DNA of 10,408 nucleotides from Elusimicrobiota bacterium. Its GTDB lineage: Bacteria; Elusimicrobiota; Elusimicrobia; Elusimicrobiales; UBA9959. The stretch's first letter is position 1, and every line of letters begins with the position of its first letter. Location: contig DAIENX010000037.1 in the NCBI GenBank assembly GCA_027340875.1, forward strand, positions 1-10,408, read 5' to 3'. Below the pieces are notes generated by a model. It saw only the letters and a list, made by a program, of their open reading frames with translations, did no database searches and had not been told where the DNA came from. This document shows positions 1 to 7,536 of the stretch, in pieces. The position numbers were made by a program, and so were the translations under genes.

Positions 1-25
1 CTATACTATCCTATGCTATACTATA
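1..25. repeat. Tandem CTATN pentamer run (5 units, may extend left of the window)
   Basis: CTATA CTATC CTATG CTATA CTATA read directly; AT-rich against a GC-rich background. Confidence 0.75.
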
Positions 26-59
26 TCCAGCAGTAAGCGTGTCTTCCCAAGGAGGCATT

Positions 60-203
60 ATGAACGTCCAGAAATACATGCTCCCGAAAGAGTTCAAGGT
101 GTGGATGTGCGCGACTCTCGGGCTTCTCAAAGACGGCAAGATGGGCGCCAGCGCCGACCGCTCCAACCGCATAAAGCTTGCCCTCGCTTACACCAGGAAA
201 TAA
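60..203 (+). CDS. Small hypothetical protein (47 aa), or the 3' end of a longer ORF entering from the left edge
   Basis: AAGGAGG at 49-55, ATG at 60, TAA at 201-203: MNVQKYMLPKEFKVWMCATLGLLKDGKMGASADRSNRIKLALAYTRK. The frame is also open back to position 3. Absent from the ORF track. Confidence 0.6.
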   Translation: MNVQKYMLPKEFKVWMCATLGLLKDGKMGASADRSNRIKLALAYTRK

Positions 204-218
204 CCAAGGAAGGTAACA

Positions 219-422
219 ATGAAACCACGCTACCAGATAGTCATCTCTCTGTCAGAGGACGACAACGTGAAACTGCAGCAGCTGCGGGAAGACGGCTACC
301 AGATAGTGGACATCTTCCGCCTCGGGCTCACCGAGGCGGAGGATGCCGTAAAAAAGGCCGGCATGGCAAGGCGCAAAGAAAAGCAGGACAAGGACAAGCC
401 GCAGCAGGACAAACTGTTTTAA
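219..422 (+). CDS. Small hypothetical protein, possible ribbon-helix-helix DNA-binding protein
   Basis: SD-like AAGGAAGG at 206-213. Alternating hydrophobic strand YQIVISLS, then helix-G-helix pattern (EDDNVKLQQLREDG..IVDIFRLGL). Fold inferred by eye. Confidence 0.6.
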   Translation: MKPRYQIVISLSEDDNVKLQQLREDGYQIVDIFRLGLTEAEDAVKKAGMARRKEKQDKDKPQQDKLF

Positions 423-544
423 CCCCTCCGCCTCCAACGCCTCCGCCCCCGCCGCCAAGCCTCCCGATAGACGCCTTTCAGAAAAGGGCGCCATGAGCCT
501 GTCCGAATAAGGCTTTCATGCACCTATTATGCCGTACAGACGCC

Positions 545-612
545 TAGGTCCTTTGGCCCATTGCCGCATAGGAACTATTGCCCTTTCGTTGCGGGGATGA
601 TATGGTTATAAT
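545..612 (+). promoter_or_regulatory. Putative promoter with tandem operator-like direct repeats and a consensus -10
   Basis: TAGGTCCTTTGGCCCAT (545-561) and TAGGAACTATTGCCCTT (569-585), 12/17 identical, 24 bp apart. TATAAT at 607-612. No good -35. Confidence 0.45.
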
Positions 613-618
613 ATGGAT

Positions 619-1056
619 ATGAAAAACACTAAAGCCGTTTTACTCATAATCCTCGGGGCCTTCATAATGGCCACCGGCTTCGCTTTCGCCGAGCAAGTCG
701 CCTATAAACAGGCGGAAGACGCAGTAGCCAAACCCCCTGAGGTGGTCTTTGGTAATTCCAACGCCTCGCTGCCCACCGGCACCGCCAGGACCGCGGCCGT
801 AAAGGACCCGGTGCAGGAGAAGCTGGACCAGATCAGGGCCTTAAACATCAAAGCCGCCGACCCGGCTCCCGCTCCGGCCCCGGCCCCCAAGCCCACCATC
901 ATGGATGGGGTCAAGAAATTCATCGGCGCCCACAAGGCCGACATACTGCTGGCCGGCGCCGGCGCCTACATCGGCTGGGCCCTGATGGGCACCGTGGCCG
1001 GAGCGCTCACCGGCGGCCTGGGCTTCCTGCTGTTCTTCATGTTCGCCAACCTGTAA
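619..1056 (+). CDS. Exported/membrane-anchored hypothetical protein (signal peptide, Pro/Ala linker, Gly-rich C-terminal hydrophobic segments); alternative start 613
   Basis: MKNTKAVLLIILGAFIMATGFAFA looks like a Sec signal with an AFA cleavage motif. PAPAPAPAP linker. C-terminal ILLAGAGAYIGWALMGTVAGALTGGLGFLLFFMF. Followed by a terminator. Confidence 0.8.
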   Translation: MKNTKAVLLIILGAFIMATGFAFAEQVAYKQAEDAVAKPPEVVFGNSNASLPTGTARTAAVKDPVQEKLDQIRALNIKAADPAPAPAPAPKPTIMDGVKKFIGAHKADILLAGAGAYIGWALMGTVAGALTGGLGFLLFFMFANL

Positions 1057-1068
1057 GCCCTGCAAGGC

Positions 1069-1107
1069 AAAAAGAAAGCCGGACCGAAAGGCCCGGCTTT
1101 CTTTTTT
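1069..1107. terminator. Bidirectional intrinsic terminator between convergent genes
   Basis: AAAAAGAAAGCCGGACC-GAAA-GGCCCGGCTTTCTTTTTT: GC stem with one mismatch, GAAA loop, T-tracts on both strands. Confidence 0.9.
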
Positions 1108-1119
1108 GCGCCCGGTCGC

Positions 1120-1494
1120 TCAGGCGGCGGCGAGCACCTTCTCGTCGTGGCCGGTTTTGTCCGGCGCGCTCGCGCTCATGCAGACCACGGTGGGCTTGTG
1201 GCCGCGGCATTCTTCCGCAGTGTACTGCGCGTAGGAGACTATGATCAGCAGGTCTCCCTTCTGCACCAGCCTGGCGGCGGCGCCGTTGACGCCTATAATT
1301 CCCTTTTTTCCGTAAAGCACGTAGGTCGAAAACCTCGCCCCGGTGTTCACGTTGTAGATGTCCACCTTCTCGTGCTCCAGCAGGTCGGCGGCGCGGCAAA
1401 GCGCGCGGTCTATGGTTATGGAGCCGTTATAGTTGATGTCCGTCTGAGTGACGGCCACCCGGTGCAGCTTGGATTTCATCAGCGTCCTGGTCAT
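1120..1494 (-). CDS. panD: Aspartate 1-decarboxylase
   Basis: KSKLHR...YNG/SITID autocleavage site, GARFSTY, NGAAARLVQKGDLLII. Confidence 0.97.
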   Translation of the reverse strand: MTRTLMKSKLHRVAVTQTDINYNGSITIDRALCRAADLLEHEKVDIYNVNTGARFSTYVLYGKKGIIGVNGAAARLVQKGDLLIIVSYAQYTAEECRGHKPTVVCMSASAPDKTGHDEKVLAAA

Positions 1495-2270
1495 TTTTTC
1501 ACCTTCTCTTTGTTCATCCTGGCGGCCGCGGCGGTGCCCAGCAGCACCAGGTCCGGTACGGCGTGGTCGAACACCTCCGCGTCCTCGAAAAGCCGGGAAA
1601 AGCCGCCGGTGCCTATCACCAGCGCGTCCCCGGAGAAATACTCGTCCTTTATCTTCGCCGCTATGCCCTTTATGGCCAGCAGGCTGGAATAGTAAAGCCC
1701 GGATTGTATGGAATCTACCGTGGTCTTGCCGACGAGCTCCGCCGGTTTGGTTATCTCCACGCGCGGCAGCTTGGCGGTGCGCTCGGCGAGGGATTCCATC
1801 GAAATGCGCGGGCCCGGCATTATCAGGCCGCCCAGATACTCCTTCTTCGCGCTGACGGCGCAGAAGGTGGTGGCGGTGCCCAGGTCCACGATGACGAGGT
1901 TGCGGCCCGGATAGAGGGCCGAGGCCGCTATGACGTTGGCAATGCGGTCAGCCCCGACTTCCAGCGGATTCTTGTACTTGATGTTCAGGCCGGTCTTCAC
2001 GCCGCCCTGCAGCAGGAAAGGCTCCAGTCCGAAGTACTTCACGGCCATGTGCTGCAGCGTGTAGATCAGGTCCGGCACCACGGAGCAGATGGCCACTTCC
2101 TTTATCAGCGACGGCTCTATGCCGTTCTCGCGCAGCGCGTTGCGGAAGAAAGTGCCGAACTCGTCGGAAGTGGCGTTGGAGGAGGTGCAGCGGAACTTGG
2201 CCTCCAGCTTCTCCCCGTCGAAGACGCCCGCGAAGATATGGGTATTGCCTACGTCCAGCGCTAGCAGCAT
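1491..2270 (-). CDS. coaX: Type III pantothenate kinase
   Basis: LDVGNT, SVVP, EVGADR, VDLGTATT, YLGGLIMPG, TGG motifs. ATGA overlap with panD. Confidence 0.96.
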   Translation of the reverse strand: MLLALDVGNTHIFAGVFDGEKLEAKFRCTSSNATSDEFGTFFRNALRENGIEPSLIKEVAICSVVPDLIYTLQHMAVKYFGLEPFLLQGGVKTGLNIKYKNPLEVGADRIANVIAASALYPGRNLVIVDLGTATTFCAVSAKKEYLGGLIMPGPRISMESLAERTAKLPRVEITKPAELVGKTTVDSIQSGLYYSSLLAIKGIAAKIKDEYFSGDALVIGTGGFSRLFEDAEVFDHAVPDLVLLGTAAAARMNKEKVKK

Positions 2271-2935
2271 GTCACGGCCTCCTTGAGGAAAGAGAACAGC
2301 AGTCCGGCCAGGGCCTCCGTCCCGGCCACGTCGGCCGTTTTTTTACCGCAGCGGTAGACATGGAAAGGGTGCGAAAGTCCCATCTCGGCCAGGTCGTTGT
2401 GCACCACCAGGTCTGCGCCGCGCACGGAGCGCGCCTTCTTCAGCGCCTCCGCCGGGGAGGCGCCCGAGGTGAGTTTAAAACCGACGACCAGCGGCGGCCT
2501 GCGGCCGGCCTTCAGCGCGTAGCCCTTCAGCCTGCCTATGATCTTGTAGTTGCGGCGCAGCGTTATCTTCAGCTCCGGGGCGGAAGAATCCAGCTTGGCC
2601 GCCACGCCAGCCTTGAAACGGCGCCCGCCGGCCTCTATGAGGACGGGGGAATAATCGGAGACCGCGGCAAGGTGCACCACCGCGTCGAAGTCCTCGGCCG
2701 CCAGCGCCTCGCGCAGGGCGGCGTCCAGCTCCTTAAATGTGGAATAGCGCGTCACGGAAACGCCGCGCCCGGCGGGGATCTCGCCGTGGGCCGCGCAGAC
2801 GGCATGGACCTCACAGTCCAGTTCCGCCAGACGGACGGCCAGCTCGGCGCCGGTGCGGCCGGTGCTGGTGTTGGCCACGCAGCGCGCCGCGTCTATCGGC
2901 TCGCGCGTGCCGCCGGAAGTGAGCAGTATCTTCAT
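2261..2935 (-). CDS. coaB: Phosphopantothenate-cysteine ligase (stand-alone CoaB)
   Basis: LTSGGTREPIDAARCVANTSTGRTG, HLAAVSDY, VGFKLT, DLVVHND. Confidence 0.92.
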   Translation of the reverse strand: MKILLTSGGTREPIDAARCVANTSTGRTGAELAVRLAELDCEVHAVCAAHGEIPAGRGVSVTRYSTFKELDAALREALAAEDFDAVVHLAAVSDYSPVLIEAGGRRFKAGVAAKLDSSAPELKITLRRNYKIIGRLKGYALKAGRRPPLVVGFKLTSGASPAEALKKARSVRGADLVVHNDLAEMGLSHPFHVYRCGKKTADVAGTEALAGLLFSFLKEAVTCC

Positions 2936-3507
2936 ACGCCGACGGGCTCCTTAACCGGGCGCGGCGAGAGAGCCGCTATAATTTCCTTATATATGGCCTC
3001 CGGCTCGAGCAGGCGGCCTTCGCCCACGTCGCCGCAGGCCTGCCGGCCGGTGGCGGTACCGAGCATCTTTACGCCCCATTCCTGCAGAGTCTTCACCGAG
3101 CGGCGCGTGGCCGGGTGCGCCCACATATTGCGGTTCATCGCCGGGGCGATAAGGTAGGGCTTGGAGAAGTCGAAGGCGAGGAAGATGGTGGAGATGTAGT
3201 CGTCCGCCACGCCCGCGGCCAGCTTGTTGATGATATTGCCGGTAGCGGGGCAGATCACGGCGAGGTCCATCCAGCGTGTCAGCTCTATATGCTCGAGCGC
3301 GGTGCGGTCCTCGAAGGTGTCCGTGTAGACGGGATTGTGCGTCAGCCCCTCGAGCGTGGACTTGCCGATGAAGTTCAACGCGTTCTTAGAGCAGACGGTC
3401 TTAACGTTATATCCTTCCTGCACGAGCCGCGAGATGACCGCGCAGGCCTTATAACAGGCTATGGAGCCCGTCAGTTGGAAGAGTATATTGCCCTTATTTT
3501 TTGACAT
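2932..3507 (-). CDS. coaC: Phosphopantothenoylcysteine decarboxylase (stand-alone CoaC flavoprotein)
   Basis: TGSIACYKA, HIEL, PATGNIINKLAAGVADD, APAMNRNMW, ACGDVGEGRL. Confidence 0.94.
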   Translation of the reverse strand: MSKNKGNILFQLTGSIACYKACAVISRLVQEGYNVKTVCSKNALNFIGKSTLEGLTHNPVYTDTFEDRTALEHIELTRWMDLAVICPATGNIINKLAAGVADDYISTIFLAFDFSKPYLIAPAMNRNMWAHPATRRSVKTLQEWGVKMLGTATGRQACGDVGEGRLLEPEAIYKEIIAALSPRPVKEPVGV

Positions 3508-4255
3508 TGTCTATCAGCCTCACTTTGCCCAGCTTCGCCGCGGCGAACCTGCGGCCCCAGCGCTCCTCGACGTAATCGGCCTTAAAGCCCAGCGCGGCCA
3601 GCTTGCGCTTTACCGCGGCAGGGGAGGCCTTCGAGCGCAGCAGGAGGTTCAGCGCGGGCGCGAGCGCCCGGTGCTCCGGCGTCAACAGCAGGTTGCGGGA
3701 GCTCATCGCGAGCCCGTCGCTTTCGCGCAGCGTGGGGCAGGGGACTATCTCCGTCTCCAGGAAGAAGGCGTCGGCCATGCCCTTGATCAGCTTGTACTGC
3801 TGGTAATCCTTCTCGCCGAAATAGGCGCGGCGCGCCCGCGCCAGGCTCAGCAGCTTGAGCACCACGGTCAGCACGCCGTCGAAATGCCCGGGCCTGTAAG
3901 CGCCGCAGAGCGCGCCGCTGTCGGCGGTCTCGGTGACGCGGTAGGTATAGCCGTCCGGGTACATGTCCGCCGCGGAAGGCAGCAGCAGGAAGTCCGCGCC
4001 GGCGGCCTTCAATTTGCGCGCGTCCTCGGCCACCGGGCGCGGGTAGCGCTTCAGGTCGCCCTTGTCGTTGAACTGCGACGGGTTCACGAAGATGCTCACG
4101 GCCGCAAGGTCGTTCTCGCGGCGCGCGCGGGCCAGCAGCGAGAGGTGCCCCTCGTGCAGCGCGCCCATAGTGGGCACGAAGCCCAGCGTCTTACCGGCGA
4201 AGAGCGGCCCCGTACGGAGCCGGCGCCAGGCGCTTATCGTCCTTATTATCCTCAT
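3494..4255 (-). CDS. panC: Pantoate-beta-alanine ligase
   Basis: GFVPTMGALHEGH, SIFVNPSQF, RPGHFDGV, FGEKDYQQ, DGLAMSSRN, VRLIDN. Confidence 0.97.
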   Translation of the reverse strand: MRIIRTISAWRRLRTGPLFAGKTLGFVPTMGALHEGHLSLLARARRENDLAAVSIFVNPSQFNDKGDLKRYPRPVAEDARKLKAAGADFLLLPSAADMYPDGYTYRVTETADSGALCGAYRPGHFDGVLTVVLKLLSLARARRAYFGEKDYQQYKLIKGMADAFFLETEIVPCPTLRESDGLAMSSRNLLLTPEHRALAPALNLLLRSKASPAAVKRKLAALGFKADYVEERWGRRFAAAKLGKVRLIDNVKK

Positions 4256-5036
4256 TCTTCCTCTTGCCGACCGGGGGGAAGACCTGCGCCTTCACCTCGC
4301 GGTCGAAATCCTGCAGCGCTTTGCCTATCAGCGCGCGGCCGTCCAGGGACTTCTTCACGAACGACGGCGCCTGCGGGTACATGCCGAGCAGGTCCTGCAG
4401 CACCAGCACCTGCCCGTCGGTATGCGGCCCGGCGCCTATGCCTATTACGGGGATCTTCAGCAGCGACGTGATGCGGCCCGCCAGCGGCGCGGGCACGCAT
4501 TCCAGCACCAGCGCGAAGCAGCCCAGCTTCTCCAGTTCTAACGCCTGGCGCACCAGCTTCTCGGCGGAGACCTCGTCCCGGCCCTGCGCGGCATAACCGC
4601 CCAGGCGGTTGATGGACTGCGGCGTCAGGCCTATGTGGCCCATCACCGGCACGTCGGAACCGACTATATGGGAGATTATCTCGGCGTGGCCGTTAACGCC
4701 CTCTACCTTTACGGCCTGCGCGCCGGCGCGGGCCAGCAGTTCCACCGCTTCCATCGCGGGGCGCAGGCCCTTTCGCGCGGCCAGGAAGGGCATGTCCGCT
4801 ATCAGGAGCTTGTCCTTCACCGCTCGCGCTACGGCCGAGGTGTGCAGGGCCATCAGTTCAGGCGTGGCCGCCAGCGTGGTCGGGTGGCCGTGCATCACCA
4901 TCGCCAGGCTGTCGCCCACCAGCACGCAGTCCACCGGGGACTCGGCCGCCATGGCGGCCAGGGTATAGTCGTAGGCCGTCACCATGGAGATGCGCGGCCC
5001 CGGCTTTTTATAGGAGTAGAAGTCAGTTATTCTCAT
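4191..5036 (-). CDS. panB: 3-methyl-2-oxobutanoate hydroxymethyltransferase
   Basis: MVTAYD, LVGDSL, ADMPF, AVKVEG, VMGHIGLTPQS, IGIGAG..DGQVLV. The 3' end overlaps panC by 65 nt. Confidence 0.96.
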   Translation of the reverse strand: MRITDFYSYKKPGPRISMVTAYDYTLAAMAAESPVDCVLVGDSLAMVMHGHPTTLAATPELMALHTSAVARAVKDKLLIADMPFLAARKGLRPAMEAVELLARAGAQAVKVEGVNGHAEIISHIVGSDVPVMGHIGLTPQSINRLGGYAAQGRDEVSAEKLVRQALELEKLGCFALVLECVPAPLAGRITSLLKIPVIGIGAGPHTDGQVLVLQDLLGMYPQAPSFVKKSLDGRALIGKALQDFDREVKAQVFPPVGKRKNEDNKDDKRLAPAPYGAALRR

Positions 5037-5709
5037 AGATCCTCGCCAGCAGGGAATAGACCCTGGCGTAAGGGTCGTTGCCGAGGGCTTTCACGTCGGA
5101 AAATACCGTCTTCCGGTCGCCGCGGCCGATGGGCCCCGTAAGGGCGCGCGACGGGTCCGCCGCGAAGTTCTCAAGCGAGGCGCGCAGGTAGCGCTGCACG
5201 GCCCCGCGCGGCACGCCGAAGCCCGCCAGCCCCTTCAGCGCCCTGCTCCAGAGGAGCACCGGCAGATTAGCGCCCAGCGCGCAGAGCGCGTGGTAGAGCG
5301 CCCTGCGTTCCCTGGGGACGCGGAACACCGGGTTATTGAATTCCGGCACCAGCGCTTTCAACGACACCCCCGGCTCAAGAGCGAAAGGGATGGCGCGGTA
5401 CTCGGCCAGGCTGAGCCTGCGCGTCGACAGCGGCATGAAGGGGTGCATGGCCGCGGCGCCAGGCACATGCAGGCAGCCGGAGAAATGCACGAGCTTCTTT
5501 GCCTTGAGGAAAGGATTGGAACCTATGAAGTTCTTTATCGCGTTGTCGCTGAGCAGGATGAAGACGGTGCCGCAGCCGCCGAGCACGGACTCGGGCGGCA
5601 GGCCGGAACGGCGCGACCAGACTTTGAAGGGTACTTTGAGCAGCCTGAAATAGGCCTGCAGATGGAGGGAAGCGCGGCCGGAGCCGGCTATGCCGTAGGG
5701 TTTCTTCAT
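5023..5709 (-). CDS. Rossmann-like/DUF2520 protein, probable PanG-type ketopantoate reductase (the ORF track starts it at 5739)
   Basis: GIAGSGRAS nucleotide-binding start, LLSDNAI, VHFSG, HPFM, YHALC, ALTGPIGRGD are typical of DUF2520 proteins. First gene of a pan operon that has no panE. Confidence 0.8.
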   Translation of the reverse strand: MKKPYGIAGSGRASLHLQAYFRLLKVPFKVWSRRSGLPPESVLGGCGTVFILLSDNAIKNFIGSNPFLKAKKLVHFSGCLHVPGAAAMHPFMPLSTRRLSLAEYRAIPFALEPGVSLKALVPEFNNPVFRVPRERRALYHALCALGANLPVLLWSRALKGLAGFGVPRGAVQRYLRASLENFAADPSRALTGPIGRGDRKTVFSDVKALGNDPYARVYSLLARIYENN

Positions 5710-5715
5710 ACCGTG

Positions 5716-5743
5716 GGTACCTGTCCCCGCAGGGATCAAGTCC
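5716..5743 (-). ncRNA. Candidate pan RNA motif (single stem-loop with two bulged A) in the operon leader
   Basis: GGACUUG(A)UCCC-UGCG-GGGACAGGU(A)CC folds with one bulged A on each strand and ends 6 nt upstream of the first pan gene ATG. Confidence 0.6.
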
Positions 5744-5752
5744 GCTGGGTAT

Positions 5753-5761
5753 ATTCTAGCA
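5753..5761 (-). promoter_or_regulatory. Putative extended -10 promoter of the pan/coa operon
   Basis: TGCTAGAAT (TGn-TAGAAT) on the minus strand, which places +1 near 5746, just before the hairpin. Confidence 0.5.
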
Positions 5762-5766
5762 AATGG

Positions 5767-7185
5767 CTATTCTTCGTTAAAAGCCGTTACCGTGTAGGTG
5801 TACAGCTCGGCCGAGCCGTCCTTCCAGGCGGAGGAGGACAGGCCGGCCTTCTCCGAGCAGAGCGAGTCCAGGAAGTCCTCCTTCCGGTCGAAGTGCTCCC
5901 AGACCTGCGGCAGGTAGGTGCCGGAGCGGCGGCCGCTCTTTATGTAGACGCCGTGCTCGCCCTGCGTCACTTCCTCCGCGCCGGAGACGCGGCGCAGCGG
6001 AGAGAGCACCGAGATCTCTATGCCGACCTTCTTCAGCTCGGCTTCGGAAAGCGGGGAGAAGCGCGGGTCCTCGAAAGCGGCGGCCCCGGCGTAGGAAGCG
6101 ACCATCTCCGCCAGCGTGCCGCGCGGCTCCAGGCTGCCTATGCAGCCGCGCAGGCGGCCGCCTATGGTCAGCGTGACGAAGACGGCCGCCGGCTGGTTGA
6201 ACTCCGGCCTTTTGTGGAGCCCCTGCTCCGGCGTGGTCCCGGTCTTCAGGCAGGCGGCTATGCCCGCGCGCGCCATGCCAAGCAGCTCGCGGCGCATCTC
6301 GCCGTCCAGCTCCAGCGCTCCGGCCGGCCTGGGCGAAGCCTCGGTGAAGAAACCCGCGCCGTAGCCCACCACGGCCGAGTCGTCGCCGGAGATCTTGCCG
6401 GAATGGGTGTAGAGGGCCAGCTCGAAATCGTTGCAGCCCAGTTCCAGCGCCGCGGCCGCGCCGGCGGTCATCGCGGCCTCGCCGCAGGCGGTGGTGTCCA
6501 GCCAGCGCGAGGCCTTGGAGAACAGCAGCCGGTTGGCCTGCGCGAAATAGGCGGGGGAGGAATTGCGCATCGCCTGCCGCAGCGCCAGCAGCACCGAGCG
6601 GTCGGAGGTCTCGGCTACGTCGCCGGGGGGATAATGCGCCAGGTCCGACGAGACGCAGAACAGCGCCTTGCGTTCCTTCATGGCGCGCCCGATGGCGCGG
6701 CCGGCATCCGCCAACAGGGCGGCGTCCGAAGTATTGAAAAGGATGGGGACTATCTTCACCTTGTTTCCTTTCAGCGCCTGCAGGAACGGGAGCTGCACCT
6801 CAACGGCGTGCTCGCTCTCGTGCGCGTCCGGCGTTTCCGAGAAAAGCCGTTTCTCGGCCAGCAGCTCGCGGCGCAGCCCGTCGTCTATTTCCAGTTTTCC
6901 CAGCGGTGTTTCGAAGGCCTCGCTGGAGCTGAGCGCTCCGTTCTTGAGGGCCATGGTGTGGCCGGTGGCCATGACCACCAGCGTGTCGAAGGATTCGTCC
7001 TTGAGCGCCGAGAAGGCCAGGCCGGCGGCGGCCCCGGAATAGACGTAGCCCGCGTGCGGCGCCAGTATGCCGGCCAGCCGGCCGGCGGGGGCTTTGCCCT
7101 TCTTCAGGTAGCCCTGCACAGCGGAGCGCAGCTCGGCGGGTTCCGCCTCGTAGAATTTACCGGCAACGGCAGGTTTTCTGGTCAT
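5767..7185 (-). CDS. amrB: AmmeMemoRadiSam protein B/A fusion (MEMO1 + AMMECR1 domains), copy 1
   Basis: MEMO motifs PAVAGKFY, APHAGYVYSG, EHAVEVQLPFLQ, SSDLAHY. AMMECR1 motifs AVFVTL, LRGCIGS, AFEDPRF, EISVL, GTYLPQV. GGAGGGG SD favours ATG 7185 over 7203. Confidence 0.92.
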   Translation of the reverse strand: MTRKPAVAGKFYEAEPAELRSAVQGYLKKGKAPAGRLAGILAPHAGYVYSGAAAGLAFSALKDESFDTLVVMATGHTMALKNGALSSSEAFETPLGKLEIDDGLRRELLAEKRLFSETPDAHESEHAVEVQLPFLQALKGNKVKIVPILFNTSDAALLADAGRAIGRAMKERKALFCVSSDLAHYPPGDVAETSDRSVLLALRQAMRNSSPAYFAQANRLLFSKASRWLDTTACGEAAMTAGAAAALELGCNDFELALYTHSGKISGDDSAVVGYGAGFFTEASPRPAGALELDGEMRRELLGMARAGIAACLKTGTTPEQGLHKRPEFNQPAAVFVTLTIGGRLRGCIGSLEPRGTLAEMVASYAGAAAFEDPRFSPLSEAELKKVGIEISVLSPLRRVSGAEEVTQGEHGVYIKSGRRSGTYLPQVWEHFDRKEDFLDSLCSEKAGLSSSAWKDGSAELYTYTVTAFNEE

Positions 7186-7201
7186 AGCCCCTCCGTTCCC
7201 C

Positions 7202-7240
7202 ATTATACATTTGTTTTCCGGGCCTGAAAAAAACTAAAAT
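7202..7240. promoter_or_regulatory. Overlapping divergent promoters for amrBA (minus) and tRNA-His (plus); mirrored at 9171-9209
   Basis: TATAAT on minus at 7207-7202. TTGTTT-18 nt-TAAAAT on plus at 7211-7240. Confidence 0.5.
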
Positions 7241-7249
7241 ATAGGTCAC

Positions 7250-7326
7250 GGTGGTTGTAGCTCAGCGGTTAGAGCGCTCGGCTGTGGCCCGAGAGGTCGG
7301 GGGTTCAAATCCCCTCAGCCACCCCA
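7250..7326 (+). tRNA. tRNA-His(GUG), copy 1
   Basis: 8-bp acceptor GGTGGTTG/CAGCCACC including G-1:C73. Anticodon arm CTCGG-CTGTGGC-CCGAG. T-loop TTCAAAT. Encoded CCA. Confidence 0.97.
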
Positions 7327-7451
7327 AATTTCAAAATTCGCCTTTTCGCCCCTCGCCGCGCCTTGCGCGGCGTTAAACTTTTGCAGTTTTTCCCACGGAA
7401 AACTCAGTTTATAAGAAAGCCGTTTCCCGCCGATGATTAATTACGAACCGA
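7315..7451 (-). pseudogene. Silent 3' fragment of the serine recombinase (alternative C-terminus)
   Basis: 7440-7315 translates to LIIGGKRLSYKLSFPWEKLQKFNAAQGAARGEKANFEIWGG*, colinear with the last 41 aa of the recombinase. Preceded by an in-frame TAA (7443-7441). Confidence 0.85.
7354..7382 (+). terminator. Putative tRNA-His terminator (mirrored at 9029-9057 on the minus strand)
   Basis: CGCCGCGC-CTT-GCGCGGCG followed by TTAAACTTTT. The second copy keeps the stem and changes the loop to CCC. Confidence 0.6.
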
Positions 7452-7536
7452 ATTATTTTCCTTATGGCCGCCGGTGCGGCCGGCCCAGCGCTGCTGCGCC
7501 TGGCCGGCCTTACCCGCGGCGCGGAGTGGCAGAATA

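Larger units (their letters stand above)
6003..7451 (-). repeat. Left arm of a long imperfect inverted repeat
   Basis: Reverse complement of 8960-10408. Paired coordinates sum to 16411 at the inner boundary, tRNA, start codon and window end. 5-6 mismatches per 60 nt in the two coding blocks I aligned. Confidence 0.95.

Noticed and set aside
252..494. Minus-strand 80-aa ORF whose start vaguely resembles a TPM-domain C-terminal helix
   Set aside because: There is an in-frame stop 7 codons upstream, no SD, and it is antisense to 219-422. The resemblance is too weak to call.
101..496. 131-aa Arg/Pro-rich ORF and the CCGCC-type low-complexity run at about 423-465
   Set aside because: It overlaps two better ORFs that have SD sequences, its composition looks off-frame, and the repeat has no regular unit.
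5290..7227. 645-aa plus-strand ORF and other long antisense or alternate-frame ORFs (e.g. 1563-2264, 2360-3157, 3461-4471, 7630-8112, 9151-9777)
   Set aside because: Shadow frames of well-supported genes in high-GC DNA with no recognisable motifs. The mirror of the 645-aa frame is broken in the second arm.
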